IMG/VR virus record: IMGVR_UViG_3300049491_000383
Coordinates: 72,080 to 136,079 of that record
Origin: a virus
Reading direction: 5' to 3' (one strand)
Length of the DNA: 64,000 bases
The notes below the pieces were generated by a model, which was given only the letters and a program-made list of their open reading frames with translations, ran no database searches and was not told the origin of the DNA. Positions 17,940 through 27,374 of the stretch are shown piece after piece (position 1 is the first letter of the stretch; every line of letters starts with the position of its first letter). The translations under genes and the position numbers were made by a program.

Positions 17940-19025
17940 TCAATCCTCTTCCTTTAATAGGAATTTGTTGCTGATGGTTTTGAAACTAAAACCACCATCC
18001 ATTCTCTTGTAAACAAGACCTTCACGAATCGCATGCTTGATGCTAGGACCTTCTGCAAATGCAAGCAACTTATCCACATCAAACAACCCGAATTCATACA
18101 ATGGAACATCCATATGCAGAACAGGGACATGATGTACCATCTCGCGATTTACACCTCGTGCCCAAAGCTCATCCAAAATCAGATGACGTTCTCTCGGAGG
18201 TACATAACCACCTGTGGTAATATTGAAGATGTCAAACACAAACAATTTATGCGAAGCAAATGCCTCACGATTCTTCTGTATACCCGGGCCCATGAGCTCA
18301 GCTTGTACAGCAAAATCTCTGTCAAAAGAGCGCATAATATCGTGTAGCCCGCTGTCTACAAACATGCGTACCAAACTATTGTGCTCGTTTTTAGGATCAT
18401 CCAACTTCAGTTCCCAATTACGACCGCAAACACCCGGAACACCATCCTTTACAAATGCAGTAAAGGAAGTACCATCGAACTTCATGCTGATTTCGTAACG
18501 TGCATCCGCGTTATCAACAAAGATATCGCGCTTCATGTTTTGGCAACGTTCCTGATCAGTCTTTCGAATGAATGCAGGGAAGTTACCCTTCACTTGACCA
18601 GCAAGTTCTGTAGGAATGGCAGCTTCATACTTCTGGATATCCAACAAGTCAGATACGTCGGTGCCGACCATAAAGAACTCTGAAAGTTCCTGTCCTTCAT
18701 CTTCGTCGGAATCAATAAAGTCGTTGAAGAACAAATTCACAGGTAATGCAAGGCCCTGGCTGAGCTGACCACGCAACTTAATAGTCTTGATACGGAAACC
18801 CTCACGCTCTCCCATTCTCTTGGAGGAGTTTCTGCGCAAGATTTCGAATTCGGGACGGACAGGCAAATGGCTGTCGATTTCAAAGTAGACACACAAATCG
18901 CCCACATTGAATTCAGACTTCTTTACCACGCATTGCCAGCCATCAATTTTTGCCAGCTGAACTAAGTCCGCACCTTCGATAGGTAGCAGATCATCAATCC
19001 TACGTATTGTTGCAAGCTTTCTCAT
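17940..19025 (-). CDS. ATP-dependent RNA ligase, DRB0094/Rnl5 family
   Basis: N-terminal OB fold (I.GAD..., YFEIDS, KLRGQLSQGL), KTDQER, motif I KFDG, EGLVYK, SFK.IS. Confidence 0.9.
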   Translation of the reverse strand: MRKLATIRRIDDLLPIEGADLVQLAKIDGWQCVVKKSEFNVGDLCVYFEIDSHLPVRPEFEILRRNSSKRMGEREGFRIKTIKLRGQLSQGLALPVNLFFNDFIDSDEDEGQELSEFFMVGTDVSDLLDIQKYEAAIPTELAGQVKGNFPAFIRKTDQERCQNMKRDIFVDNADARYEISMKFDGTSFTAFVKDGVPGVCGRNWELKLDDPKNEHNSLVRMFVDSGLHDIMRSFDRDFAVQAELMGPGIQKNREAFASHKLFVFDIFNITTGGYVPPRERHLILDELWARGVNREMVHHVPVLHMDVPLYEFGLFDVDKLLAFAEGPSIKHAIREGLVYKRMDGGFSFKTISNKFLLKEED

Positions 19026-19053
19026 AAGACACCTATTTTACATTAGTACAAAT

Positions 19054-19083
19054 GGAAATGCTACCTTCCCAGGTAGCATTTCC
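19054..19083. terminator. strong hairpin, possible terminator or processing signal
   Basis: GGAAATGCTACCT/AGGTAGCATTTCC inverted repeat. Confidence 0.5.
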
Positions 19084-19296
19084 GGCGAGTTAATTACTCG
19101 TCTTCATCGTCTCGGTAGTTGCGATAAGGACTTGCGTATCGAGCGTCTACCAATACTCCGGGCTGTCTTGGGTCTCTTACCCAAATCGCATTTTCACAGC
19201 TTGCGGACCATTTACATTTGTTGCAACCACTCCAGAAGTTGTCTTCCCACATGGTTGCTTCATCTGTATTCCCACACTTGGGGCAACGAACGCCCA

Positions 19297-20220
19297 TTAC
19301 TTCTTCTTGGTAGCGACAGCCGGGGTCGGCAGGTCGTAGTAGGCCCACTTACCCTTGTTGGCTGCATCCACTTGTGCCCAGGCCGGGTGAGCGCCATCAG
19401 CATCTTGGAAGACACCGATGTTGTCATACACACACTTGCGGAAGCTGGCCAACATGCCAAGCTTGTCCGGAGTGTTGTAGGTACGTGTCACCAGCAGAGC
19501 TTCAGTGGCAATCGTGCCAACTGCGGTCGGGCTCAGCTTCGGATACGACAGCTTGTCAGCCACATACACAGTCTTCAGCAGTTCCACAGTCTTCGGCTGG
19601 AAACCCACGAGCTTGAACTCGGCACCCAGCGCCTTGACGTTGCCCAGGGGTTGACCACCAACCATCATCACGCCTTGCACTTGACCAGCTTTCAACAGGG
19701 CGAGAGCTTCATCATTGTCCTTGGCAGGAACAACAGTGTAGTTCACCTGACCTTGCAGCTTCACCAGCTGGGCGGTAATCATGGAACCACCTGCGGCAGC
19801 AACCTTCATGTTGGCAAGGTCTTCCACAGTATTGAACACAACTTCCTTGCCGCCGAAGCCAGCAACGCCACCACTCTTCAGACCCGAAGCCGACAACACA
19901 ACAACGTGAGCCGCTTCACGGTTGAAAGCAACCAGCGTCTTGATGTTGCCCAGGTCGCGGCCTTGTGCCGAAGCGAACAGTGCATCGGTCTGCATGAATG
20001 CAGCGCCAACTTCCTTGCCGCTCAGCTTGTCGAGGTTTTCCAGCGAACCGCTCGAAGGAACTTCGATCATCGCCATTTGGTCACCGCACTTTTCAGCAAT
20101 GTTGGCGAACAGCGCGTGGTAAGTACCCTTCGGACCACCAGTTGCCACCTTCACTTGTTGAGCTTGTGCGGCCATTGCACATACAGCCAGCACGGCTGCA
20201 AAAATCATCTTTTGTTTCAT
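19297..20220 (-). CDS. TAXI-family TRAP transporter solute-binding protein
   Basis: Signal peptide, VATGGPKGTYH, S.GSLENL, MQTD. Confidence 0.8.
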   Translation of the reverse strand: MKQKMIFAAVLAVCAMAAQAQQVKVATGGPKGTYHALFANIAEKCGDQMAMIEVPSSGSLENLDKLSGKEVGAAFMQTDALFASAQGRDLGNIKTLVAFNREAAHVVVLSASGLKSGGVAGFGGKEVVFNTVEDLANMKVAAAGGSMITAQLVKLQGQVNYTVVPAKDNDEALALLKAGQVQGVMMVGGQPLGNVKALGAEFKLVGFQPKTVELLKTVYVADKLSYPKLSPTAVGTIATEALLVTRTYNTPDKLGMLASFRKCVYDNIGVFQDADGAHPAWAQVDAANKGKWAYYDLPTPAVATKKK

Positions 20221-20398
20221 GTTACTCTTTCTGTGTTGAATGTGTTTAGTTAATCTTCAGGCCTTGCAACGCACCAGCATTGGGATCAACCTGTTGCGTA
20301 TTGCTCGTTGGATGCGGTGCGCTGTCATCGTATGTCAAAACATACACCGCAACAAGAATTGCCAGAACAAACAATGTTCCAAAAATTCGTGCTTTCAT

Positions 20399-21214
20399 TT
20401 AGCGACTCACTTTCTGTGTTTCGCGAACTTGCGTTACAGGGATCTCCAGTACCACAGATTCACTATGACCTAATTGTGCTGCAGGTTGGGCAGGCTTGTC
20501 GACCGCATCTACATCCAGGGCCGCTGCAACTTCAAGTTGAGCGAATGCCATGTTCATGGATTCAAAGACCGCATCACATGCTGTATCAGCCTTCAACTTC
20601 TCGAATGCATCACCAGTGTCCATACCAGCGGCACGGTTGGCTTCAATCGCGTCCTTGGACATTTCGTAATATGCCTTCATTTCTTCCAGCTTGTTGTCGC
20701 CGTCTTCCAGTGAAGTCTGTGCTTCGGAAAGCGCCTTCTTCTTGCGTTCAACCAAATCAGTCATACGTGCAAGTTGGGTCTCGAATTCATGGGCGCGGGC
20801 AGGATACTTCAATTTGAACTTTTCAACCTTGTCCTTGAAATTGGAGCGTGCAGTGATAGCTTGAGTTACCGAAGCCTTGAAGACATTGTATGCCTGCTTC
20901 TTTGCGATAAGCAATGCTGTCAATGTTTCAATTGGGTTCTGTTCCGCTGCGGCAGTAACCTTTTGAATGTGCTCAACCTTCTCAGCATCGATAAGGCGAT
21001 ACTTCCAGTTTGCAACCTTGAGTGCAAACCACGGAGAAAGCTGGACGAGGACAAATGCAATTGCGGCGGCAACGCCAAGACCTACCAAGCCGCCAATTGC
21101 CATGAAGATGAACGGCGCCACGATTAGGCCGATAACACCCATGCCAGCAAGGGTGGCGATAAGCTTCAGACGGTTGTGTTTCTGTTCAATCAATGCGGGA
21201 GTTTGTGTTTCCAC
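20399..21214 (-). CDS. membrane-anchored coiled-coil protein (PspA-like)
   Basis: Two N-terminal TM segments and a long coiled coil. Confidence 0.5.
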   Translation of the reverse strand: METQTPALIEQKHNRLKLIATLAGMGVIGLIVAPFIFMAIGGLVGLGVAAAIAFVLVQLSPWFALKVANWKYRLIDAEKVEHIQKVTAAAEQNPIETLTALLIAKKQAYNVFKASVTQAITARSNFKDKVEKFKLKYPARAHEFETQLARMTDLVERKKKALSEAQTSLEDGDNKLEEMKAYYEMSKDAIEANRAAGMDTGDAFEKLKADTACDAVFESMNMAFAQLEVAAALDVDAVDKPAQPAAQLGHSESVVLEIPVTQVRETQKVSR

Positions 21215-21279
21215 TGTATGTCCTTTCTGTGTTAGACCATCATACTATATAAGTATGTCAATCTTGTGTCAATCAAACC

Positions 21280-21363
21280 TGGTACCCCAACCCGGACTCG
21301 AACCGGGACGCCTCTCAGCAGCAGATTTTGAGTCTGCCGTGTCTACCATTCCACCATCAGGGC
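21280..21363 (-). tRNA. tRNA-Leu(CAA)
   Basis: Type II cloverleaf, loop CT-CAA-AA. Confidence 0.93.
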
Positions 21364-21731
21364 ATTTTGAATAACGTCTTGTGTGCGTATTTATTCGTTT
21401 CTCTAACTTCGTTGTGCAATAAATGTTCCCACTCAATGCCCAATTCTTTCAACTTAGCAATTGCTTCATCTCGTGTGACTCTGATACGGAATCTCTTATC
21501 GGTTTCACTGTGTTCGTAAGGAGCAACATATCCTTCAGTATGACTACGTTCATACATAAGACCTTCTTTTGCAAGCAATGAAAGGCAACGATGAATATGT
21601 CCTCGATTTTCGCCTGGAAAATGAAAGCAAAACTGTGATAGTCCAAAGCCAGAGCCATAGGCTGGATTATTTTGAAGTGCCCTGATTAGCAGCACCTCTT
21701 CACGAACTTTATCGAGGAGTTTTGGATCCAC
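21357..21731 (-). CDS. hypothetical protein (possible winged HTH)
   Basis: 124-aa ORF. Confidence 0.45.
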   Translation of the reverse strand: MDPKLLDKVREEVLLIRALQNNPAYGSGFGLSQFCFHFPGENRGHIHRCLSLLAKEGLMYERSHTEGYVAPYEHSETDKRFRIRVTRDEAIAKLKELGIEWEHLLHNEVRETNKYAHKTLFKMP

Positions 21732-21960
21732 GTTGCTTCTCTTGTTGATAATTTACATAGCTAGTGCGAAATGCGTCAGAGAGAAATGCATACAAAATTG
21801 TGCCCCAGAAAGAAAGGGCTGCAATTGTAAGCACGACTCCAATAATGACATGGACTGCGTAAGAAGCTCCAACAACTAATACAGTTACCAGCATACACGG
21901 AAGTATCAATGCAGGATCCCTACCAAATGCACGCTTAATAAGCCAACGAATGTGATCCAT
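21709..21960 (-). CDS. small membrane protein
   Basis: Two TM segments. Confidence 0.5.
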   Translation of the reverse strand: MDHIRWLIKRAFGRDPALILPCMLVTVLVVGASYAVHVIIGVVLTIAALSFWGTILYAFLSDAFRTSYVNYQQEKQRGSKTPR

Positions 21961-21961
21961 A

Positions 21962-22360
21962 TTAGAAGAGTGGCAGATTGCCAGTTATAAGGTTGATTTT
22001 GGCGGCGTCATCGGGACCGACGCCTACAGCAGTAAGTGTAGGCACGCCATTAAATTCTGTCAAGCCTGCATCTGTAATCAATGCTGTAGCGATACCCGCC
22101 TTCTTTGCTTGATTGTAGATTTCGGCAAGTTGGTCATCTGTTTCTACATAACAGGTAATCTTTGTAAACCTACCAATGATCCATTCATAGACAAAGGGAT
22201 TTTCAAGATTGATAACGAAATTCTGGCACTCGGGATCCATCCGACCAAGTGATAACAGGGCACCAAGACTTGCATGGGCACCCTGTGCAACATATTTTCC
22301 TGTTCGTAGATTTTGCGATTTAGGAAACTTCTTCATTACCAATACTTGCTTACTCGCCAT
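21962..22360 (-). CDS. pth2: peptidyl-tRNA hydrolase, Pth2 family
   Basis: KQVLV, GK.VAQ..HAS, KI, DAGLTEF, T.AVGVGP, ITGNLPL. Confidence 0.9.
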   Translation of the reverse strand: MASKQVLVMKKFPKSQNLRTGKYVAQGAHASLGALLSLGRMDPECQNFVINLENPFVYEWIIGRFTKITCYVETDDQLAEIYNQAKKAGIATALITDAGLTEFNGVPTLTAVGVGPDDAAKINLITGNLPLF

Positions 22361-22607
22361 ACAATGTCCAGTATATTTTGAATGCGTTGAAATCGTCTTC
22401 AGTTTCAAATTCTAAAGCATCAACGTCTTCAGGATTATCATTATCAATAATCGAGCCGTGATATTTCTTAATAGCCTTATCGAGTTCAAAATTCATTAAG
22501 GCTTGTTTATGCGTAGGTATATCTTTTGTAGTACACAAGACAAAGTTTCTCCACCAGACAGGGCAGGCGGAGAAACATGTGAACATGGTGAAGTCGATCT
22601 TCACCAT
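22350..22607 (-). CDS. hypothetical protein
   Basis: 85-aa ORF. Confidence 0.45.
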   Translation of the reverse strand: MVKIDFTMFTCFSACPVWWRNFVLCTTKDIPTHKQALMNFELDKAIKKYHGSIIDNDNPEDVDALEFETEDDFNAFKIYWTLYGE

Positions 22608-22614
22608 GTTGGAC

Positions 22615-23232
22615 TTACTTCAGTGCAGCAACAGCCGAGTCGTACACCTTGTGGTACACGCCGCGGAAGAACTTGGTTACCAGCAGTTGGATACCGTTGA
22701 TCAGGTCGCCGACGATGTTTTCCACCATGGAGAACGGCCAAATCATGATCCACGCAGTGATGGTGCCAAGCATTGCCTTCGGATGAAGTTGTGCCAGAAC
22801 ACGTTCCTTGTTGGAGGCACTGGTGTCACGGTTGGCTTCAACCACCTTCTCGGCGTGACGCTTGTATCGCCAGAAGCTCCAGAACAGGCCGATTGCAATG
22901 TAAGCAACAGCACCAATTCCAAGCGCGATCAGGGAGACGTTGAAGAACAGGTATGCGACGCCCATCGAAACCAACGCAGCAAACACAGCCCAGCCACGTG
23001 CGCCGTTGTGTTCAAACAAAATGCCAAGCACGATCAGCGCAATCAGCGCCGGCCATGTAAGCAGGAAGCCTGCAGCGAAGGCAAAGAGAGAAGCGAAGAA
23101 GCCGACTTCAACGGCAGTAGTGACAGCACCAACAACTGGTGCAGATGCTGCAACAGCCGGAGCAACCGTACCAGCGAATGCAGCCGATGCGCCCAACATA
23201 GCGGTCAGAGCCGCCAGAGATTTCTTAAACAT
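22615..23232 (-). CDS. multi-pass membrane protein
   Basis: Signal peptide and several TM segments. Confidence 0.6.
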   Translation of the reverse strand: MFKKSLAALTAMLGASAAFAGTVAPAVAASAPVVGAVTTAVEVGFFASLFAFAAGFLLTWPALIALIVLGILFEHNGARGWAVFAALVSMGVAYLFFNVSLIALGIGAVAYIAIGLFWSFWRYKRHAEKVVEANRDTSASNKERVLAQLHPKAMLGTITAWIMIWPFSMVENIVGDLINGIQLLVTKFFRGVYHKVYDSAVAALK

Positions 23233-23315
23233 GTGTATCCTTTGTGTGTTAATAAGTGAGCGCACCTATTGCGCCCACTAACTATAAGTGCAGTCGACCT
23301 TAATGTCAACGTGGT

Positions 23316-23705
23316 TTAGAATGCACCAGCCTTGTAGGACATTGTGGCTGCGGTGAAACTACGCTTCCACGACCACTCGTCAAGAACAAGTTGGTTGAAC
23401 ACGTCTTCTTCAACTTCAATAACATCCTCTACCGACAATTCCAACATACGGATTGCACGCTTGTAATCATTCTCGTAGGACACGGGTGCGCCGGGCATGC
23501 TCTTCATCTTCTTGAAGTCTTCCAGATCAGCAGTCTTGGCAAGCTTTACATTGCCTTGTGCAATCTGCAGTACCAACTTCTTGTAATCCTCAACGGATTC
23601 AACAAATTGTGCAACGTGTGTAATCTTGTTGGCTTGCACAATGGCAAGCAACTCAAGACGATTCATTTTGATGGCGTTCATAACATTCCTCGATGGGTTT
23701 AGCAT
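23316..23705 (-). CDS. conserved phage hypothetical protein
   Basis: Y.RAIRMLELSV...F.QLVLDEW.W; likely start MLNPS. Confidence 0.6.
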   Translation of the reverse strand: MLNPSRNVMNAIKMNRLELLAIVQANKITHVAQFVESVEDYKKLVLQIAQGNVKLAKTADLEDFKKMKSMPGAPVSYENDYKRAIRMLELSVEDVIEVEEDVFNQLVLDEWSWKRSFTAATMSYKAGAF

Positions 23706-23721
23706 ATTTGATCTTTCTTGA

Positions 23722-23814
23722 TGGCGGATGGGTAGGGAATCGAACCCTCGGCAGTTTTCACCACTCCACTTACTTTCCAAGTAAGGCTTGTATCCCAGAC
23801 AAGATACCGCATCC
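23722..23814 (-). tRNA. tRNA-Ser(GGA), atypical (8/4-like)
   Basis: Loop TT-GGA-AA, long variable arm, G73, bulged 8-bp acceptor with 4-bp T-stem. Confidence 0.75.
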
Positions 23815-23856
23815 AGATATGAAAGTATACACGAACGTGATACTTATGTCAACCTT

Positions 23857-24105
23857 TTAGCCAAGCAATGCTGCTACCAAAAGATACTCTTCTACTAACT
23901 CTATGTCGTTATTTATTCTTATTAACAGGGCATCAGCACGATGTTTCTGCCCCTGTCTAACCAATACTTCTGCTCTCGAAAGTTCAGTAACTTGGTGCTG
24001 AATATTACCAATCATCTTCTTTACATCAGCACCGTGAACCAAAGAGGATGCCTTTCGAAGCAATGTTACTTCGATTGGCGGCCAATCAAGACTGTTCTGA
24101 ATCAT
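23857..24105 (-). CDS. hypothetical protein
   Basis: 82-aa ORF. Confidence 0.5.
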   Translation of the reverse strand: MIQNSLDWPPIEVTLLRKASSLVHGADVKKMIGNIQHQVTELSRAEVLVRQGQKHRADALLIRINNDIELVEEYLLVAALLG

Positions 24106-24758
24106 CTGTTATTGATATCATTTATCGTCTTGGATAGAAGAATCAAATCTAACTTCAAAACCTCAACTTCGTAATCAGTTAGTTTCTTTGTTACGTGAAC
24201 TACCATGTATCCGGGAATATTATTTCCAAACACCGGAGGAATCGGAACTCGGCAAGACATTGTTAGTTTAGTAGCAAGGTCCGGCCAGACGCGAGCCAAA
24301 CCACCACCGGTAAATGGATCACAATGTGTTTCCCCGGTTATCAATGCAATTACCTGTGCATTATTCGAAGAATCATTCTTAATGAACATTGGCAGTGCGC
24401 CATCGCCTCCGTTAAGTCTTTCGTAGATGATCTTCTTTAGTTCATCACTGTTGAAGGCACGGTATATTGGAAGGCGCGTGTTCTTTTCAAATTGGAAGGT
24501 TAGAACTGTGAGATAAACCACCTCTGTATGCTTTCGCATAAAGATACCTATGGTTTGTTCCGATTCCGGTGGAATATGAACAAACGGTTTATTTCCAGTT
24601 GATGATTCAGACGAAAATAAAAACTTCCCTAATGCCGGTGCCTGAGTATATCCTATATATCCTATTAGTCCAAACATGATTAGAAGTCCGACAGCTAATA
24701 CCCTTTTAAAGGTTGCCTTTTCTAATATTGGTACTATAGATGCAAAAAACTTTTCCAT
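24102..24758 (-). CDS. single-TM protein with GAF-like domain, possible T4 T-like holin
   Basis: N-terminal TM and C-terminal C..P..G.. GAF-like region; weak inference. Confidence 0.35.
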   Translation of the reverse strand: MEKFFASIVPILEKATFKRVLAVGLLIMFGLIGYIGYTQAPALGKFLFSSESSTGNKPFVHIPPESEQTIGIFMRKHTEVVYLTVLTFQFEKNTRLPIYRAFNSDELKKIIYERLNGGDGALPMFIKNDSSNNAQVIALITGETHCDPFTGGGLARVWPDLATKLTMSCRVPIPPVFGNNIPGYMVVHVTKKLTDYEVEVLKLDLILLSKTINDINNR

Positions 24759-24847
24759 GAATCTCCGATGCACTAAAATTGTGCAACTATGTGGGTTTAT
24801 GCACATATTTATCGGATGTACTTGGATATACTCTGTAGGGATTTATC

Positions 24848-24932
24848 TGGTGCGGATAAGAGGACTCGAACCTCCACGCCTTTCGGCACAAGCACCTCAA
24901 GCTTGCGTGACTACCAATTCCACCATATCCGC
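24848..24932 (-). tRNA. tRNA-Leu(GAG)
   Basis: Type II cloverleaf, loop TT-GAG-GT. Confidence 0.93.
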
Positions 24933-24938
24933 AGGTGT

Positions 24939-25382
24939 TTATTTCTTATCTAGATAGGTGAATTCTCGCCTAAAATAAATTAGACTCATTACCCATCCTA
25001 TATTAACTAGATAATTTAGGATTACGGGCCAGGCTACTATAGGATTTAGAATAGCTAGAACAATAAGGGATCCGTAAAGAACAAATGTTCCCGACATTAA
25101 AAGATAGGCAATCTTCGAAATCTTTTCTTCACATTCCTTCTTACCATATGTACCGTAAATCAATGTAAAGGTCATCCCGACAATACACAATACCCAGAGC
25201 GCTATAATATAAGGAGAAAACATGGCGCCTATACCTGTAAGTGCCAGGGCTCTTTGAGAGGTCTGAAAACCAACAGTGAGGAAGAAATCCCAGGTTAGTG
25301 TTATTGTGAAGAGAACACGTAACATGATTAGCATTTTGTATGCTAATTCTTTCCAGACAATTTGATCTTCTCGTAGGTCCAT
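24939..25382 (-). CDS. membrane protein
   Basis: About four TM segments. Confidence 0.55.
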   Translation of the reverse strand: MDLREDQIVWKELAYKMLIMLRVLFTITLTWDFFLTVGFQTSQRALALTGIGAMFSPYIIALWVLCIVGMTFTLIYGTYGKKECEEKISKIAYLLMSGTFVLYGSLIVLAILNPIVAWPVILNYLVNIGWVMSLIYFRREFTYLDKK

Positions 25383-25411
25383 GATATATTTATCATTATG
25401 GATCCAAAATA

Positions 25412-25491
25412 TGGTTGCAGTGCCTCGAGAGTCGAACCGAGCTTTTCCCTGGCTTATGAGACCTGGTGCGTCTGCCGGACGCCCGCCTGCT
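25412..25491 (-). tRNA. tRNA-Met/Ile2(CAT), atypical
   Basis: Loop CT-CAT-AA, bulged T-stem, ACCA end. Confidence 0.65.
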
Positions 25492-25780
25492 ATTGATCAT
25501 GGAGTTGGGTGTCGCAGCAAAACAAACTCCAAGTCTTGCATAAGAATCGCCGGGCTTCGATTCACGCGCCGTACCCATTACAGGATGGTTGCCACCATTT
25601 AACCAGCATATCAATTTTACGTGAAAAATGACAAATATGTCAAGTGATAGTCGGTATCATATATCAGAGGCTGATTCACAGCTTCAAGCATCGTTAGAAC
25701 CTATTGCATATCACTCAACAAAAATAGTAATTGGTAGAACATATACCAATGGTGCTATTAACACTATCATAAAATAATTC

Positions 25781-25854
25781 TGGTTGCGTGGCCTCGGAAT
25801 CGAACCGGCCCTTAAGGTTATGAGCCTCACGTGCTACCATCACACTCGCCCGCA
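25781..25854 (-). tRNA. tRNA-Met/Ile2(CAT), atypical
   Basis: Loop CT-CAT-AA, bulged T-stem, ACCA end. Confidence 0.7.
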
Positions 25855-25858
25855 ATTG

Positions 25859-26077
25859 TTATTTTTCTATTATACTTGCACTTAGGACACGAGTCAACAT
25901 GGTTGTGACTTCGAGTCTAATTATTTGACTTTTCTTTAGATCTTTGAAATTTATTCCCGGTGTATTCGGATGAAGATGATAAACATTTCCATTGGACACT
26001 TTTACGTAGGCGATATTGTACCCTGCCGAGACTTCGACAACTTGCCCCTCAATAAAGAATGGACGTTCACCTGACAT
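25859..26077 (-). CDS. hypothetical protein (OB-fold-like)
   Basis: 72-aa ORF. Confidence 0.45.
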   Translation of the reverse strand: MSGERPFFIEGQVVEVSAGYNIAYVKVSNGNVYHLHPNTPGINFKDLKKSQIIRLEVTTMLTRVLSASIIEK

Positions 26078-26084
26078 CCACTAT

Positions 26085-26315
26085 TTATACTTTTTCTGAA
26101 ATTTTATCTCCGAACCGAAGTATTAATGCTGTCTCTTGTTCTGGTGTAACAAGGCATTCTAATGTGTCTTGATTGCTTAAAACTCGGCAGCCAGTTGCCA
26201 TATCGTTCAAATAAAAACTGCCGTTGTCAACAATATCAAGTCCAACGACATTCTCTTCAAGTATTTCAAAATACTCAGATCCAACATCGGAAAATTTAAT
26301 GTATAGTTTCTTCAT
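26085..26315 (-). CDS. hypothetical protein
   Basis: 76-aa ORF. Confidence 0.45.
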   Translation of the reverse strand: MKKLYIKFSDVGSEYFEILEENVVGLDIVDNGSFYLNDMATGCRVLSNQDTLECLVTPEQETALILRFGDKISEKV

Positions 26316-26320
26316 GTGTT

Positions 26321-26394
26321 TGGTGCTCTTAGCAGTAATCGAAACTGCGATACTATCGTACCAAGATAGTGTTATGCCACTTAACTATAAGAGC
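26321..26394 (-). tRNA. tRNA-Thr(GGT)
   Basis: Loop TT-GGT-AC, CCA. Confidence 0.88.
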
Positions 26395-26638
26395 GAAAAT
26401 GTAGAGCAGTGTCCGAAGCCGTTACTGCCGAGGCTATGAAGTGCGTCAAGGGCTATCTTCACAACATACTTATCTCTAAAGGGATGATAGACCGCAACTA
26501 TAGCGTGATCAAGGATAACTTATCCTTCGACATATCAAACTCATCAGATAAAATGTGGTAGGATATAATTCAATTTAATATTATATCACTGGCTTACGAG
26601 TGTAATTTCAAATAACTCAGAAAGCATACCACTAAAAC

Positions 26639-26851
26639 TTATTCCGGTGCTACGGCACCACGTGATCTACTGGCTGCGCCCTTATCGTTGTCCTTTGACT
26701 TGAGTGCTGCACGACGCGCGGCTTCTTCATGAAGTTGGGCGTCAATCATCATCCTCTTGAATGCACCCTTTTCGTGTGCATCCTTAAACGTTCCGAGAGC
26801 CAATGCAGTCTTGGTAGAACGCAGCATACGGAAGTTCTTATCTGGTGTCAT
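26639..26851 (-). CDS. hypothetical protein
   Basis: 70-aa ORF. Confidence 0.5.
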   Translation of the reverse strand: MTPDKNFRMLRSTKTALALGTFKDAHEKGAFKRMMIDAQLHEEAARRAALKSKDNDKGAASRSRGAVAPE

Positions 26852-27201
26852 GTTGTATCTTTCGTTTTAGGTGTGTTTTGTCTAATGTGCTGTCTAATCG
26901 TTATCGCTTGTTCTCGAAGAGCCTTTGTTCTCTTCTCCTGCAAGTCCTGTCTCTTGTTGGTCTCTAATATAGCACGCTGCATCTCTTTAAGTCTATCTCC
27001 AAAACCATCTTCTAGGGTCTTGGCCTTCATTTGATTCTGCGTGACTTCAATTATAACTGCATTCTGCATCGGAACAAAAGTCCTGGATTTAACTCTCCAA
27101 TCTTCTTCATCCAATGTAATTGTATCACCTATCGTGGGGACATGGCTTCCTTCACTAAGGAACAAATCTTCACCATATTCGTCAACGTATAATACTTGCA
27201 T
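26848..27201 (-). CDS. hypothetical protein with C-terminal coiled coil
   Basis: 117-aa ORF. Confidence 0.5.
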   Translation of the reverse strand: MQVLYVDEYGEDLFLSEGSHVPTIGDTITLDEEDWRVKSRTFVPMQNAVIIEVTQNQMKAKTLEDGFGDRLKEMQRAILETNKRQDLQEKRTKALREQAITIRQHIRQNTPKTKDTT

Positions 27202-27209
27202 CTTTTCCT

Positions 27210-27285
27210 TGGCTCCCCGACGTGGGCTCGAACCACGGACCTACGGATTAACAGTCCGACGCTCTACCGACTGAGCTATCGGGGA
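27210..27285 (-). tRNA. tRNA-Asn(GTT)
   Basis: Canonical, loop CT-GTT-AA. Confidence 0.95.
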
Positions 27286-27293
27286 ATTGTCTT

Positions 27294-27369
27294 TGGTGGA
27301 GGTGACAGGACTCGAACCCGCTACCTACTGCTTGCAAAGCAGCCGCTCTCCCAGCTGAGCTACACCCCC
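27294..27369 (-). tRNA. tRNA-Ala(TGC)
   Basis: G3:U70, loop TT-TGC-AA. Confidence 0.95.
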
Positions 27370-27374
27370 AAATT

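Noticed and set aside
25500-25531. + strand hairpin TGGAGTT...CGCAGCAAAAC...AACTCCA as a family member or tRNA end
   Set aside because: It is on the opposite strand from all other members, its motif spacing differs, and it has no cloverleaf.
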